DNA of 64,000 nt from Phoronis australis (Eukaryota; Animalia; Phoronida), in assembly GCA_002633005.1 (NCBI GenBank), contig NMRA01000131.1, positions 835,139 to 899,138 of the forward strand, in the 5' to 3' direction. Shown one piece after another: positions 1-12,125 of this stretch (position 1 is its first letter; every line of letters starts with the position of its first letter). The notes under the pieces are model-generated. The model did no database searches, was not told the DNA's origin, and was given only the letters and a program-made list of their open reading frames with translations. The position numbers and the translations under genes were made by a program.

Positions 1-106
1 TTGGCTACGGAGTATTGGACGCCGGCGACATGGTGGATTTGGCCATGAAGTGGACCACGGTACCCGACAGATTTCACTGCTCTGCTGGCTCTCTCCATGG
101 GAAATG
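1..106 (+). CDS. PCSK2: Prohormone convertase 2, partial exon running in from the window edge (end of subtilase catalytic domain)
   Basis: Frame from base 3 reads GYGVLDAGDMVDLAMKWTTVPDRFHCSAGSLHGK(W), matching PC2 'FGYGVLDAGAMV...W.TVPERFHC'. GT donor at 107 (tg|gtgggt), phase 2. Confidence 0.93.
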
Positions 107-479
107 GTGGGTAATCGCATGGAACAGAAGCTAACTGCTTTCTGGAAGCTTGTAAAGGGTTTGCTCAGTTCGACAATTGAAACGTTGCGTGTTTGATGAG
201 CCGAGTACAGAGAAACACTAAGTGAGAGAGAGATGAACAGTGTTGACTGGAGTTCACGAAAGAGGGTTTATTGGCGTCAGCATGCTTATTTCATAGGCCT
301 AATTGTCTGGTGGATGCTCCTGAAGGCAGCAACCAAGAACTCTATTTGCTCTGCTACATGTCTCTCATTGTACATATTACATAATATGCAGGGAGACATC
401 AGTAATGTCTTCCTGGTGTAATGTATACATTCAAATTAAAACATATAATAAAATATTATGTCGTAACTTTATGCAACAG

Positions 480-644
480 GGAGGTCACTCCAGCTGAGCC
501 TCTTGTTCTTACGGTGACTACGGACGCGTGTAAAGATCAAGACAACCAAGTGAACTATCTCGAGCACGTGCAGGCCTTCGTCACTGTTCAAGGCACCAGG
601 CGTGGAGACATTACTCTTTACTTGACCTCACCCATGAACACCAC
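480..644 (+). CDS. PCSK2: Prohormone convertase 2, P-domain exon
   Basis: AG acceptor at 478-479 and GT donor at 645 (gtaaga), with phases matching both neighbours. Translates EVTPAEPLVLTVTTDACKDQDNQVNYLEHVQAFVTVQGTRRGDITLYLTSPMNT, containing the LEHVQ and RRGD P-domain motifs. Confidence 0.95.
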
Positions 645-1192
645 GTAAGATTATTTCCAGGTTCCCGTTCACAAAATGTGTAGTTCCCCAAGTTGGCTTA
701 TAAGTCAAATCCTTTCGTCATTCTCACCATGTTTTATTGCGGCTTGAGATAAGAAAACGACAATAAAATAAGATTTTTAAACAAATTTTAGCCACTGTTT
801 GAGGCTGCATTTTGCCTGTTTAGCTGGAAAATCCGAAGATCGTTTTGAGTCATTTGCTCGCATAAAATTGTGATAGAGTTAAACAAGGGTGAAATGCAAC
901 TTTCACAAATCTGCTGCAGTCCAGACTCTAAAGTACGTTTGACTTATGGCGATTAGTTTGATGTTTTCATGTGCTCGAAAATGGTGATTTTTATCTTTAT
1001 TTAACTCTGGAGAAAAAAATGCACGTCAAAGGTATTTGATTGTCATTTTATCACATCCAGTCTTGACCAATTATGTTTAATTAATATGAGGAACATAGAG
1101 TTCATTGCTTTGGTAAGCAGCTCTTCATTGCTTCAAATAAGGTATTCATCACTGACCGAACTTATGGAATACTTTGATTCCACATATTTCAG

Positions 1193-1481
1193 CTCCATGA
1201 TTCTGAGCAAGCGCCCGCGAGATGACGATACTGAGGGGTTCACCAAATGGCCGTTCATGACAACCCATAGTTGGGCTGAGAATCCACGTGGCAAATGGCG
1301 GTTGGTGGCCATAATGGAGACGGATGATCCAAATGCGCGTGCGGTGCTCACCGAGTGGACCCTGATGCTCCACGGCACGAAAATATCCTCATACCAAGGG
1401 CAGAAGGTTAGCGGCAAACGTCATCCAAAACTGGGAGTTGTCAAGCGAGAACACGAGGGACCGGCATTCCAGTTCGAGTGA
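1193..1481 (+). CDS. PCSK2: Prohormone convertase 2, terminal coding exon
   Basis: tttcag acceptor ending at 1192. Translates SMILSKRPRDDDTEGFTKWPFMTTHSWAENPRGKW...EWTLMLHGT...KLGVVKREHE... to TGA at 1479-1481, a typical PC2 P-domain end with short tail. Confidence 0.95.
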
Positions 1482-3139
1482 GCCAATCACGAAGAGCATA
1501 GGAATACTCAGACGGACAAAAAATGGCGTGACCTTTTTTGTCATGATGTTCCCGTCAAATCGAAGTATCTGAAACTTCCATCGCTATTATGAGAATCTTT
1601 CCCATAGAAGCTCTTGTTTGTTGAATGCAGTTGTTCCAAATGTACAATTGTAGATTTATGCTGGGTGATACTTCATGTATTATACTGGTCAATATTGGAT
1701 GATATTAAATTGGTTTGCCAGTCGTGATGTCGGAAGACTGTGATACTTCACTTTATTCCATATTCTTGAACTGTGTAGAGAAGCCTATCTACTTACTGAG
1801 ATTCCAACATTGTTTTGCTTCAAAAGTTTATTCTAATTTATATTGTTCAGATCTATGATATTATTAATTGTAAACTTGTTTGAAGTGTGCGTGACATTTG
1901 TGCGCTAAAATTGAAAATATGACACTCTAAAAAGTAAAAATGGCGGTGGAATTATCTGTGCTGACAGAGGACGTCAACATTTGTCTGCTTCTCTGATCAT
2001 TTCTACCACGTGATCATGAGGTTTTCCTCTTTCCTCATCTTCAAAGCTGAAGCACGAAACAGTCGAAGCAGGCGAATACAAAAATGATCATCGGCTATTC
2101 ATCAGAGAATTTATCCCATCTCATTTTGTGTTAGTTATAAACTGTTTTAAAGTTAATTAATATTCGTATTTGTATTATTTATCTCCGAGTCTTTTAAACT
2201 TATTTGCTAAGAACGCAAATGTCATGTTTCTAATTCGACATTGTCAATCAATTTTGTAATTATGTAAAATGTCTCAATGTCACGTTCTGAACACACAAAA
2301 TTACTTTATTCCAAAATATATTTTCCATGAGCTATCTCTGTGTCTCTTGTGTAATGCATTATTTGGCGTTTGGTACTCGTTGTCCATTTACTCATCATTT
2401 AATTTGAAAAACTACCTGAACACTATTATTAGCTAGCTGGAAACATGACGGGGTCTTCCGTCACAAGTTGATGTTTAGACATCTCTACGTCTAGTCACAT
2501 CTTGTACACCAACATCCCACTGTAATTGTTTTTTTAATGTAATATTGCATAAATCCAGATATTTGATGTTCCTGCAAATTGCCTGCAGACGTAAAGCATG
2601 TCGATCTGGGTTATTTGGGACACCCTTTAGTCAGGTAAACACTCTTTAGGTAATCAGGTATGTCCTTAATCTATTCAAATACACCATGGAATCAAGACCC
2701 CTGAACTCGCCGTCAAAATTGTGAACCAGCCGACAAAGCACTTTTAAAACCAGAGTTAAGATCACAGAATCGGGTTAAAAAGAAACATAAGACAGAAAAA
2801 GCAAACGACAAAACTGTTTTCATGCTCCATTTTGAGTAAAAAGGTTAATAGGTCTTTGTTTTTAGAATTAATTTGGCACTTTTCAGTTGTACGGTAAAAA
2901 ACTTTCTTGTATGTTCCGAGGTGGTGCAAGATTTTTACCGGCCATGAATTGGAGTCTCAAATCCCCACCGCTTACCTATCCGTTCCTTAATAGATTGACT
3001 GCATTACGCAAAACATTGTACATTCTACTCTGTTTTTTGATATCCATTGTCCGTTGCGGGCTCCAACAGTTGCCTTATTGATCGACCAATATGACCCGGC
3101 TTCCACGTTGGTACCCTCGTAGCCTTATGAGGCGACACC

Positions 3140-3296
3140 CATGGGCGGATCCAGGATTTTGATTTGGGGGGGCCTGGGCAGACTATTAGCCAGGATTTTG
3201 CCCGTCAGGCATTCGCATCCCCGAACTGCCAAACGGAATCTAGGATATTTTACGGGGGGCCATGGCCTCCCTAGCCCCCATCTAAGTACGTCACTG
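3140..3296. mobile_element. ~157-bp hAT-like MITE (same family as 63669-63826)
   Basis: Ends CATGGGCGGATCCAGG / ...TACGTCACTG. Colinear with 63669-63826. Flanks acacc/acatc, a possible 5-bp TSD with one mismatch. Confidence 0.65.
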
Positions 3297-4780
3297 ACAT
3301 CGATTTTCGCATTTCATCAGTAAACAGAGATTTTCATTGACTCAAAAGAACACTCGACCCGGCTTTGGCCTATTAAGAGATTTTTGCGAACTTGCCGCTA
3401 CACTTCTTCAAATCAATCAATGCTCTGTAACCCTCGTAAACCCTCAAAACTAACCAGAGCAAATTTTGACCCTTAAAAAACCTGTTAAACGGACAAGCCG
3501 TTGACCTACAGCCTTTCGGTGTACAAATGTAAGGAAATACCATGCATGCACCCACAAAGAACCATCCATTCCGTGACACAGCGAGTATGTTTTATTAGCT
3601 GAATGCCTGCTTTTGTCACTAAAGTCAGACGCCAATTGTGCATTAGCAGGGGGCATAACGAGGACTGGTTGAAATCACCAAAAAACACAGAGGCTTTATG
3701 GTCCTTTTAAAATGGCCGTCATTGACAAAAAAGTTTTGTGATTTAGACCACTAAATTACCTTTAGGAAATTTGTCTGAATAAGTTCCTTTAAGTCAGAAT
3801 ATGTTTGATTTCTGAGCTTGGAGGAAATAATTGACAACTGCTCCGACGATCAATCTCGACATGTTGACGTCAAGTCATGGCGTGTCGGATACCGTGCATA
3901 TCGTTGGCCAAATGGATGAACGTCATACACGTATATTGCGTGCGCTACGGTTAATTCTTGTTGGAGGCGTAAAGAAATTATTTGAGACGCAAATTCACTT
4001 TTATTTCTTGCCGTAAAGAAATAATTTACGCCACAGATAATTCCTTTCCGCTTTCAACGAACCGTAGCGCACATGGTAATTTACGTGCGTAACCATGCGT
4101 TCACCCATTTTTGCCAATGCTACGAGTAAGTTTCAGTCTCGAGTAATCGAGTTGCCAGTTAACATTTGCAAGACCAACAATTGCCGCTTTAACTTAACCC
4201 TCAAAACTATGATTGATCCAACGATTCTGTTTTCAAATTTACGTACTTTGACCAAACCAAGTTGAAAAGCATAAAATTGCTCCCATGCAGTCCGGGATGG
4301 ACGCCGAAAAAAAATTTAATCATGACTTCTGTGACGGAGCAGTAGTTTAAAAGCTAACTGCGACATGGTGCCATTTTGCTCTCGTGTCAGTCCTGTTTAG
4401 ACCTACATATATACTTTCGCTTGATCATCTCGAAAACGTCATGCCCAAAGCAAACAACATAAGCAAGCATTTTCGACGTCCAGTGTATAACTTTTGAGTA
4501 AAATTTCGCCTTGAGTCGAATGGTGGACGCGAGTTTGTCGTGAGTAACTGTTTCTGTTTTATTTTCCATTTTGTATGTTATTCCGGGCTTTCTATTTACA
4601 AACTATGGGTGGTTCACTGAGATGGGTGGGTGAGTGATGCGTTAGGTGTCTGGAAACCTGGGACAATGAACAGGATTAACAGCTAGGATAGGATACCAGT
4701 ACGGGGCCACACACAGAATGAATGAGTTTCTACCGTCCGTACTGGTACTAGTGGGCCTACTTACCCCCCCCCCCCCCCCC

Positions 4781-7700
4781 AGGGGGCCGAAAAAATTTTT
4801 GTCTCCAATTACAAAAATTGTTTCCCAGATGGACGAGGAATGCCGAGAAACTAAGGCCTACCAAGTTTGAGTTCAATGGATTATTAATGAGGTCACACGG
4901 CAAGATCAAAGTTGAAAGACGTCATTTTGAGACCTTTTTCCCGCTTAAAATTTTTTGACCCCGATTTCAAAACTTCTTTCATCGTTGCATAGCCTTTTAC
5001 TCACTGACTCCAAAAACGTAAGTCGCCACTTCTGGTGAGCCCTAATAAGGCCACGGCAGAGGACTAAAGTTGGAAAATTGGGGGTAGTCTGTGACGTTGA
5101 CCTTAACCCTTGACCCCGCAGGAGACAGAGACCTACAAATAAGACGCATTTGAAAACTTGCCCTTAACGTTGCTTTGAAAATGTCCCGGTTTGGTAGCTT
5201 TTAGGTTATTGGTGATGAAGATATGACTTCGAAAAACCGTAGTTCATCTTGGCACAACTTTTCAGATGTTGTGAAGGGGGTATGTGAGTTTGGGGCACTC
5301 CTGGACGCATTTGAAAACTTGCCCTTAACGTTGCTTTGAAAATGTCCCGGTTTGGTAGCTTTCAGGTTATTGGTGATGAAGACATGACTTCGAAAATCCG
5401 TAGTTCATCTTGGCACAACTTTTCTGATGTTGTGAAGGGGGTATGTGAGTTTGGGGCACTCCTGGGCCCTTACTAAGGCCAAGAAAAGTATGATACCTAC
5501 ATTTGTAGAATGGGGAACAAGGGGCTATTAGATGCACAAAGAATTTTTAAAATCGAAGACAAAAAGGTTTTCGACCAAAAAAAAAACCTAAGCCTATAGT
5601 CCAGGGCTTTTTGGGGGCCGAAAAAATTTTTGTCTCCAATTACAAAAATTGTTTCCCAGATGGACGAGGAATGCCGAGAAACTAAGGCCTGCCAAGTTTG
5701 AGTTCGATTGGATCATTAATGAGGTCACAAGGCAAGATTAAAGTTGAAAGACGTCATTTTGAGACCTTTTACCCGCCTAAAATTTTTTTGACCCCGATTT
5801 CAAAACTTCTTTCATTGTTGGATAGCCTTTTACTCACTGACTCCAAAAACGTAAGTCGCCACTTCTGGTGAGCCCTAATAAGGCCACGGCAGAGGACTAT
5901 AGTTGAAAAATTGGGCGGTAGTCTGTGACGTTGACCTTAAACCTTGACCCCGCAGGAGACAGGGACCTACAAATAAGACGCATTTGAAAAATTGCCCTTA
6001 ACGTTGCTTTGAAAATGTCCCGGTTTGGTAGCTTTCAGGTTATTGGTGATGAAGATATGACTTCGAAAATCCGTAGTTCATCTTGGCACAACTTTTCTGA
6101 TGTTGTGAAGAGGGTATGTGAGTTTGAGGCACTCCTGGGCCCTTACTAAGGCCAAGAAAATTATGATACCTACATTTGTAGAGGGGGGAAACAAGGGGCT
6201 ATTAGATGCACAAAGAATTTTTAAAATCGAAGACAAAAAGGTTTTCGACCAAAAAAAAAACCTAAGCCTATAGTCCAGGGGTTTTGGGGGCCGAAAAAAT
6301 TTTTGTCTCCAATTACAAAAATTGTTTACCAGATGGACGAGGAATGCCAAAATTTTTTGACCCCGATTTCAAAACTTCTTTCATCGTTGCATAGCCTTTT
6401 ACTCACTGACTCCAAAAACGTAAGTCGCAACTTCTGGTGAGCCCTAATAAGGCCACGGCAGAGGACTAAATTTGGAAAATTGGGGGGTAGTCTGTGACGT
6501 TGACCTTAAACCTTGACCCCGCAGGAGACAGAGACCTACAAGTAAGACGCATTTGAAAACTTGCCCTTAACGTTGCTTTGAAAATGTCCCGGTTTGGTAG
6601 CTTTCAGGTTATTGGTGATGAAGATATGATTCGAAAAACCGTAGTTCATCTTGGCACAACATTCTGATGTTGTGAAGGGGGTATGTGAGTTTGGGGCACT
6701 CCTGGGCCCTTACTAAGGCCAAGACAAGTATGATACCTACATTTGTAGAGGGGGGAAACAAGGGGCTATTAGATGCACAAAGAATTTTTAAAATCGAAGA
6801 CAAAAAGTTTTTCGACCAAAAAAAACCTAGGCCTATAGTCCAGGGGTTTTTGGGGGCCGAAAAAATGTTTGTCTCCAATTACAAAAATTGTTTCCCAGAT
6901 GGACGAGGAATGCAGAGAAACTAAGGCCTACCAAGTTTGAGTTCGATTGGATCATTAATGAGGTCACACGGCAAGATCAAAGTTGAAAGANNNNNNNNNN
7001 NNNCCGCCTAAAATTTTTTTGACCCCGATTTCAAAACTTCTTTCATCGTTGGATAGCCTTTTACTCACTGACTCCAAAAATGTAAGTCGCCACTTCTGGT
7101 GAGCCCTAATAAGGCCACGGCAGAGGACTAAAGTTGGAAAATTGGGGGGTAGTCTGTGACGTTGACCTTAAACCTTGACCCCGCAGGAGACAGGGACCTA
7201 CAAATCAGACGCATTTGAAAACTTGCCCTTAACGTTGCTTAGAAAATGTCCCGGTTTGGTAGCTTTCAGGTTCTTGGTGATGAAGATAAGACTTCGTAAA
7301 ACCGTAGTTCATCTTGGCACAACTTTTCTGATGTTGTGAAGGGGGTATGTGAATTTGGGGCACTCCTGGGCCCTTACTAAGGCCAAGAAAAGTATGATAC
7401 ATACGTTTGTAGAGGGGGGAAACAAGGGGTTATTAGATGCACAAAGAATTTTTAAAATCGAAGACAAAAAGGTTTTCGACCAAAAAAAACCTAGGCCTAT
7501 AGTCCAAATGTGAGTTTGGGGCACTCCTGGGCCCTTACTAAGGCCAAGAAAAGTATGATACATACATTTGTAGAGGGGGGAAAAAAGGGGCTATTAGATG
7601 CACAAAGAATTTTTAAAATCGAAGGCAAAAAAGTTTTCGACCAAAAAAAAACCTAGGCCTATATATAGTCCAGGGGTTTTTGGGGGCCGAAAAATTTTTT

Positions 7701-8869
7701 GTCTCCAATTACAAAAATTGTTTCCCAGATGGACGAGGAATGCCGAGAAACTAAGGCCTACCAAGTTTGAGTTCGATTGGATCAATATTGAGGTCACACG
7801 GCAAGATAAAAGTTGAAAGACGTCATTTTGAGACCTTTTTCCCGCCTAAAATTTTTTTAACCCCGATTTTAAAACTTCTTTCATCGTTGGATAGCCTTTT
7901 ACTCACTGACTCCAAAAACGTAAGTCGCCACTTCTGGTGAGCCCTAATAAGGCCACGGCAGAGTACTAAATTTGGAAATTTGGGGGGTAATCTGTGACGT
8001 TGACCTTAAACCATGACCCCGCAGGAGACAGGGACCTACAAATAAGACGCATTTGAAAACTTGCCCTTAACGTTGCTTAGAAAATGTCCAAAGTCGCCAC
8101 TTCTGGTGAGCCCTAATAAGGCCACGGCAGAGTACTAAAGTTGGAAAATTGGGGGGTAATCTGTGACGTTGACCTTAAACCATGACCCCGCAGGAGACAG
8201 GGACCTACAAATAAGACGCATTTGAAAACTTGCCCTTAACGTTGCTTTGAAAATGTCCCGGGTTGGTAGCTTTCAGGTTATTGGTGATGAAGACATGACT
8301 TCAAAAAACCGTAGTTCATCTTGGCACAACTTTTCTGATGTTGTGAAGGGGGTATGTGAGTTTGGGGCAGTCCTGGGCCCTTACTAAGGCCAAGAAAAGT
8401 ATGATACATACATTTTTAGAGGGGGAGAACAAGGGGCTATTAGATGCACAAAGAACTTTTAAAATCGAAGACAAAAGGGTTTTCGACCAAAAAAAAACCT
8501 AGGCCTATAGTCCAGGGGTTTTTGGGGGCCGAAAAAATTTTTGTCTCCAATTACAAAAATTGTTTCCCAGATGGACAAGGAATGCCGAGGAACTAAGGCC
8601 TACCAAGTTTGAGTTCGATTGGATCATTAATGATGTCACACGGCAAGATCAAAGTTGAAAGACGTCATTTTGAGACCTTTTTCCCGCCTAAAATTTTTTC
8701 GACCCCGATTTCAAAACTTCTTTCATTGTTGGATAGCCTTTTACTCACTGACTCCAAAAACGTAAGTCGCCACTTCTGGTGAGCCCTAATAAGGCCACGG
8801 CAGAGGACAAAAGTTGGAAAATTGGGGGTTAGTCTCTGACGTTGACCTTAAACCTTGAACCCGCAGGAG
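4781..8869 (+). repeat. Tandem array of ~674-bp TIR-bounded units, forward arm (about 6 units, some with internal deletions or duplications)
   Basis: CTA|TAG unit junctions at 5596|5597, 6270|6271, 6835|6836, 7499|7500, 7661|7666 and 8507|8508. The complete unit 5597-6270 is 674 bp. Confidence 0.95.
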
Positions 8870-8875
8870 TCTATT

Positions 8876-11745
8876 GAACTACGGTTTTACGAAGTCATAT
8901 CTTCATCACAAATAAACTGAAAGCTACCAAACCGGGACATTTTCTAAGCAATGTTAAGGGCAAGTTTTCAAATGCGTCTTATTTGTAGGTCCCTGTCTCC
9001 TGCAGGGTCAAGGTTTAAGGTCAACGTCACAGAATACCCCCCAATTTTCCAACTTTAGTCCTCTGCCGTGAACTTATTAGGGCTCACGAGAAGTGGCGAC
9101 TTATGTTTTTGGAGTCAGTGAGTAAAAGGCTATCCAACGAGGAAAGAAGTTTTGAAATCGGGGTCAAAAAAATTTTAGGCGCGAAAAAGGTCTCAAAATG
9201 ACGTCTTTCAAATTTTATCTTGCCGTGTGACCTCATTAATGATCCAATCGAACTCAAACTTGGTAGGCCTTACTTTCTCGGCATTCCTCGTCCATCTGGG
9301 AAACAATTTTTGTAATTGGAGACAAAATTTTTTTCGGCCCCCAAAAACCCCTGGACTAGGCCTAGGTTTTTTTTTGGTCGAAAACCTTTTTGTCTTCGAT
9401 TTTAAAAATTCTTTGTGCATCTAATAGCACCTTGTCTCCGCCCTCTACAAATGAAGGTATCATACTTTTCTTGGCCTTAGTAAGGGCCCAGGAGTGCCCC
9501 AAATTAACATACCCCTTCACAATATCAGAAAATTTGTGCCAAGATGAACCACGGGTTTTCGAAATCATATCTTCATGACCAATAACCTGAAGGCTACCAA
9601 ACCGGGACATTTTCAAAGCAACGTTTAGGGCAAGTTTTCAAATGCGTCTTATTTGTAGGTCCCTGTCTCCTGCGGGGTCAAGGTTTAAGGTCAACGTCAC
9701 AGACTACCCACCAATTTTCCAAATTTAGTCCTCTGTCGTGACCTTATTAGAGCTCACCAGAAGTGGCCACTTACTTTTTTGGAGTCAGTAAGTAAAAGGC
9801 TATCCAACGATAAAAGAAGTTTTGAAATCAGGGTAAAAAATTTTAGGCGGGAAAAAGGTCTCAAAATGACGTCTTTCAACTTTGATCTTGCCGTGTGACC
9901 TCATTAATGATCCAATCGAACTCAAACTTGGTAGGCCTTAGTTTCTCGGCATTCCTCGTCCATCTGGGAAAGAATTTTTGTAATTGGAAATAAAAAGTTT
10001 TTTCGGCCCCCAAAAACCCCTGGACTATAGGCCTAGGCTTTTTTTGATCGGAAACCTGTTTGTCTTCGATTTTAAAAATTCTTTGTTCATCTAATAGCCC
10101 CTTGTCTACCCCCTCTACAAATGTAGGTATCATACTTTTCTTGGCCTTAGTAAGGGCCCAGGAGTGCCCCAAATTAACATACCCCTTCACAATATCAGAA
10201 AATTTGTGCCAAGATGAACTACGGTTTTTCGAATTCATATCTTCATCACCAATAACCTAAAGGCTACCAAACCGGGACATTTTCAAAGCAAGGTTAAGGG
10301 CAAGTTTTCAAATGCGTCTTATTTGTAGGCCCCTGTCTCCTGCGGGATCAAGGTTTAAGGTCAACGTCACAGACTACCCACCAATTTTCCAAATTTAGTC
10401 CTCTGTCGTGACCTTATTAGGGCTCACCAGCAGTGGCGACTTACTTTTTTTGGAGTCAGTAAGTAAAAGGCTATCCAACGGTGAAAGAAGTTTTGAAAAC
10501 GGGGTCAAAAATTTGTAGGCGGGAAAAAGGTCTCAAAATGACGTCTTTCAATTTTGATCTTGCCGTGTGACCTCATTAATAATCCAATCGAACTCAAAGT
10601 TGGTAGGCCTTAGTTTCCCGGCATTCCTCGTCCATCTGGAAAAGATTTTTTGTAATTGAAGACAAAATTTTTTCGGCCCCCACAAACCCCGGGACTATAC
10701 ATGTAGACCTAGGTTTTTTTTTTGGTCGAAAACCTTTTTGTCTTCGATTTTAAAAAGTCTTTGTGCATCTAATAGCCCCTTTTCTCCCCTCTCTACAAAT
10801 GTAGGTATCATAGTTTTCTTGGCCTTAGTAAGGGCCCAGGAGTGCTCCAAACTCACATACCCCCTTCACAATAGCAGAAAAGTTGTGCCAAGATGAACTA
10901 CGGTTTTTCGGCATCATATCTTCATCACCAATAACCTGAAAGGTACCAAACCGGGACATTTTCAAAGCAAGGTTAAATGCAAGTTTTCAAATGCGTCTTA
11001 TTTGTAGGTCCCTGTCTCCTGCGGAGTCAAGGTTTAAGGTCAACGTTACAGACTACCCCCCCAATTTTCAAAATTTAGTCCTCTGCCATGACCTTATTAG
11101 GGCTCACCAGAAGTGGCGACTTACGTTTTTGGAGTCAGTGAGTAAAAGGCTATCCAACGATGAAAGAAGTTTTGAAATCGGGGTCAAAAAAATTTTAGGC
11201 GGAAAAAAGGTCTCAAAATGACGTCTTTCAACTTTGATCTTGCCGTGTGACCTAATTAATGATCCAATCGAACTCAAACTTGGTAGGCCTTACTTTCTCG
11301 GCATTCCTCGTCCATCTGGGAAACAATTTTTGTAATTGGAGACATAAATTTTTTCGGCCCCCAAAAACCCCTGGACTATAGGCCTAGGTTTTTTTTGGTC
11401 GAAAACCTTTTTGTCTTCGATTTTAAAAATTCTTTGTGCATCTAATAGCCCCTTGTTTCCCCCCTCTACAAATGTATGCATCATACTTTTCTTGGCCTTA
11501 GTAAGGGCCCAGGAGTGCCCTAAACTCACATACCCCTTTCACAACATCAGAAAAGTTGTGCCAAGATGAACTACGGTTTTACGAAGTCATATCTTCATCA
11601 CCAATAACCTGAAAGCTACCAAACCGGGACATTTTCAAAGCAACGTTAAGGGCAAGTTTTCAAATGCGTCTTATTTGTAGGTCCCTGTCTCCTGCGGGGT
11701 CAAGGTTTAAGGTCAACGTCACAGACTACCCCCCAATTTTCCAAC
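8876..11745 (-). repeat. Same ~674-bp unit array, reverse arm (about 4.3 units)
   Basis: Reverse complement of the forward unit. Junctions at ~9357, 10027|10028, 10697|10704 and 11378|11379. Confidence 0.95.
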
Positions 11746-11949
11746 TAGCGTCAGTTGCTTGCAACCACATACGTTACACTCTTTATTACTACGAACTTTA
11801 GTTGTTAAAGAAAGGGGGATGTAGCACATAGAGTGACATCTATTGTGTTTATTGTAAAGTCGTAGCGTAGTGATCTCTGGAATAGAAAGTAGTACACAAC
11901 ACACTTGATCTTTTATCTCCTTGAAATCGACATATCTAAACACAGGCAA

Positions 11950-12125
11950 GATACGATCTGATCAGAGATTAGAGCAATTATCGAACAAAATAGCGCAGGC
12001 CCTCCAACCATAAATGCCAGAATGGAGTAAATCAGTCGTATAAGATATTGGCTACGGGGGTAAACTTCCCAATTTGTTGGGCTATAGAATCGAACAAGTT
12101 GGGAGCAACGGGATGTCGCCGTCAT
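11950..12125 (+). repeat. Partial copy of the dispersed repeat also at 16590-17086 and 18572-19100
   Basis: 'agattagagcaattatcgaacaaaa...gccagaatggagt...agatattggctac...taaacttcccaa' is shared with 16960-17086. Confidence 0.8.

Noticed and set aside
4696-4752. taccagtacgg...ccgtactggta hairpin followed by CTAG just before the array, resembling a Helitron 3' end
   Set aside because: The loop is too long, there is no spacer before CTAG, it is a single copy, and it sits next to a poly-C tract of uncertain assembly quality.
5212-5240. tgatga...gaaa in the array unit, resembling a hammerhead ribozyme core
   Set aside because: The base before UGAUGA is G rather than C, stem II does not close with a pair, and no stems I or III were seen.
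6078-11529. Many repeated 60-120 aa ORFs in the tandem array
   Set aside because: They are by-products of the repeat unit, with inconsistent frames between copies and no recognisable domain.
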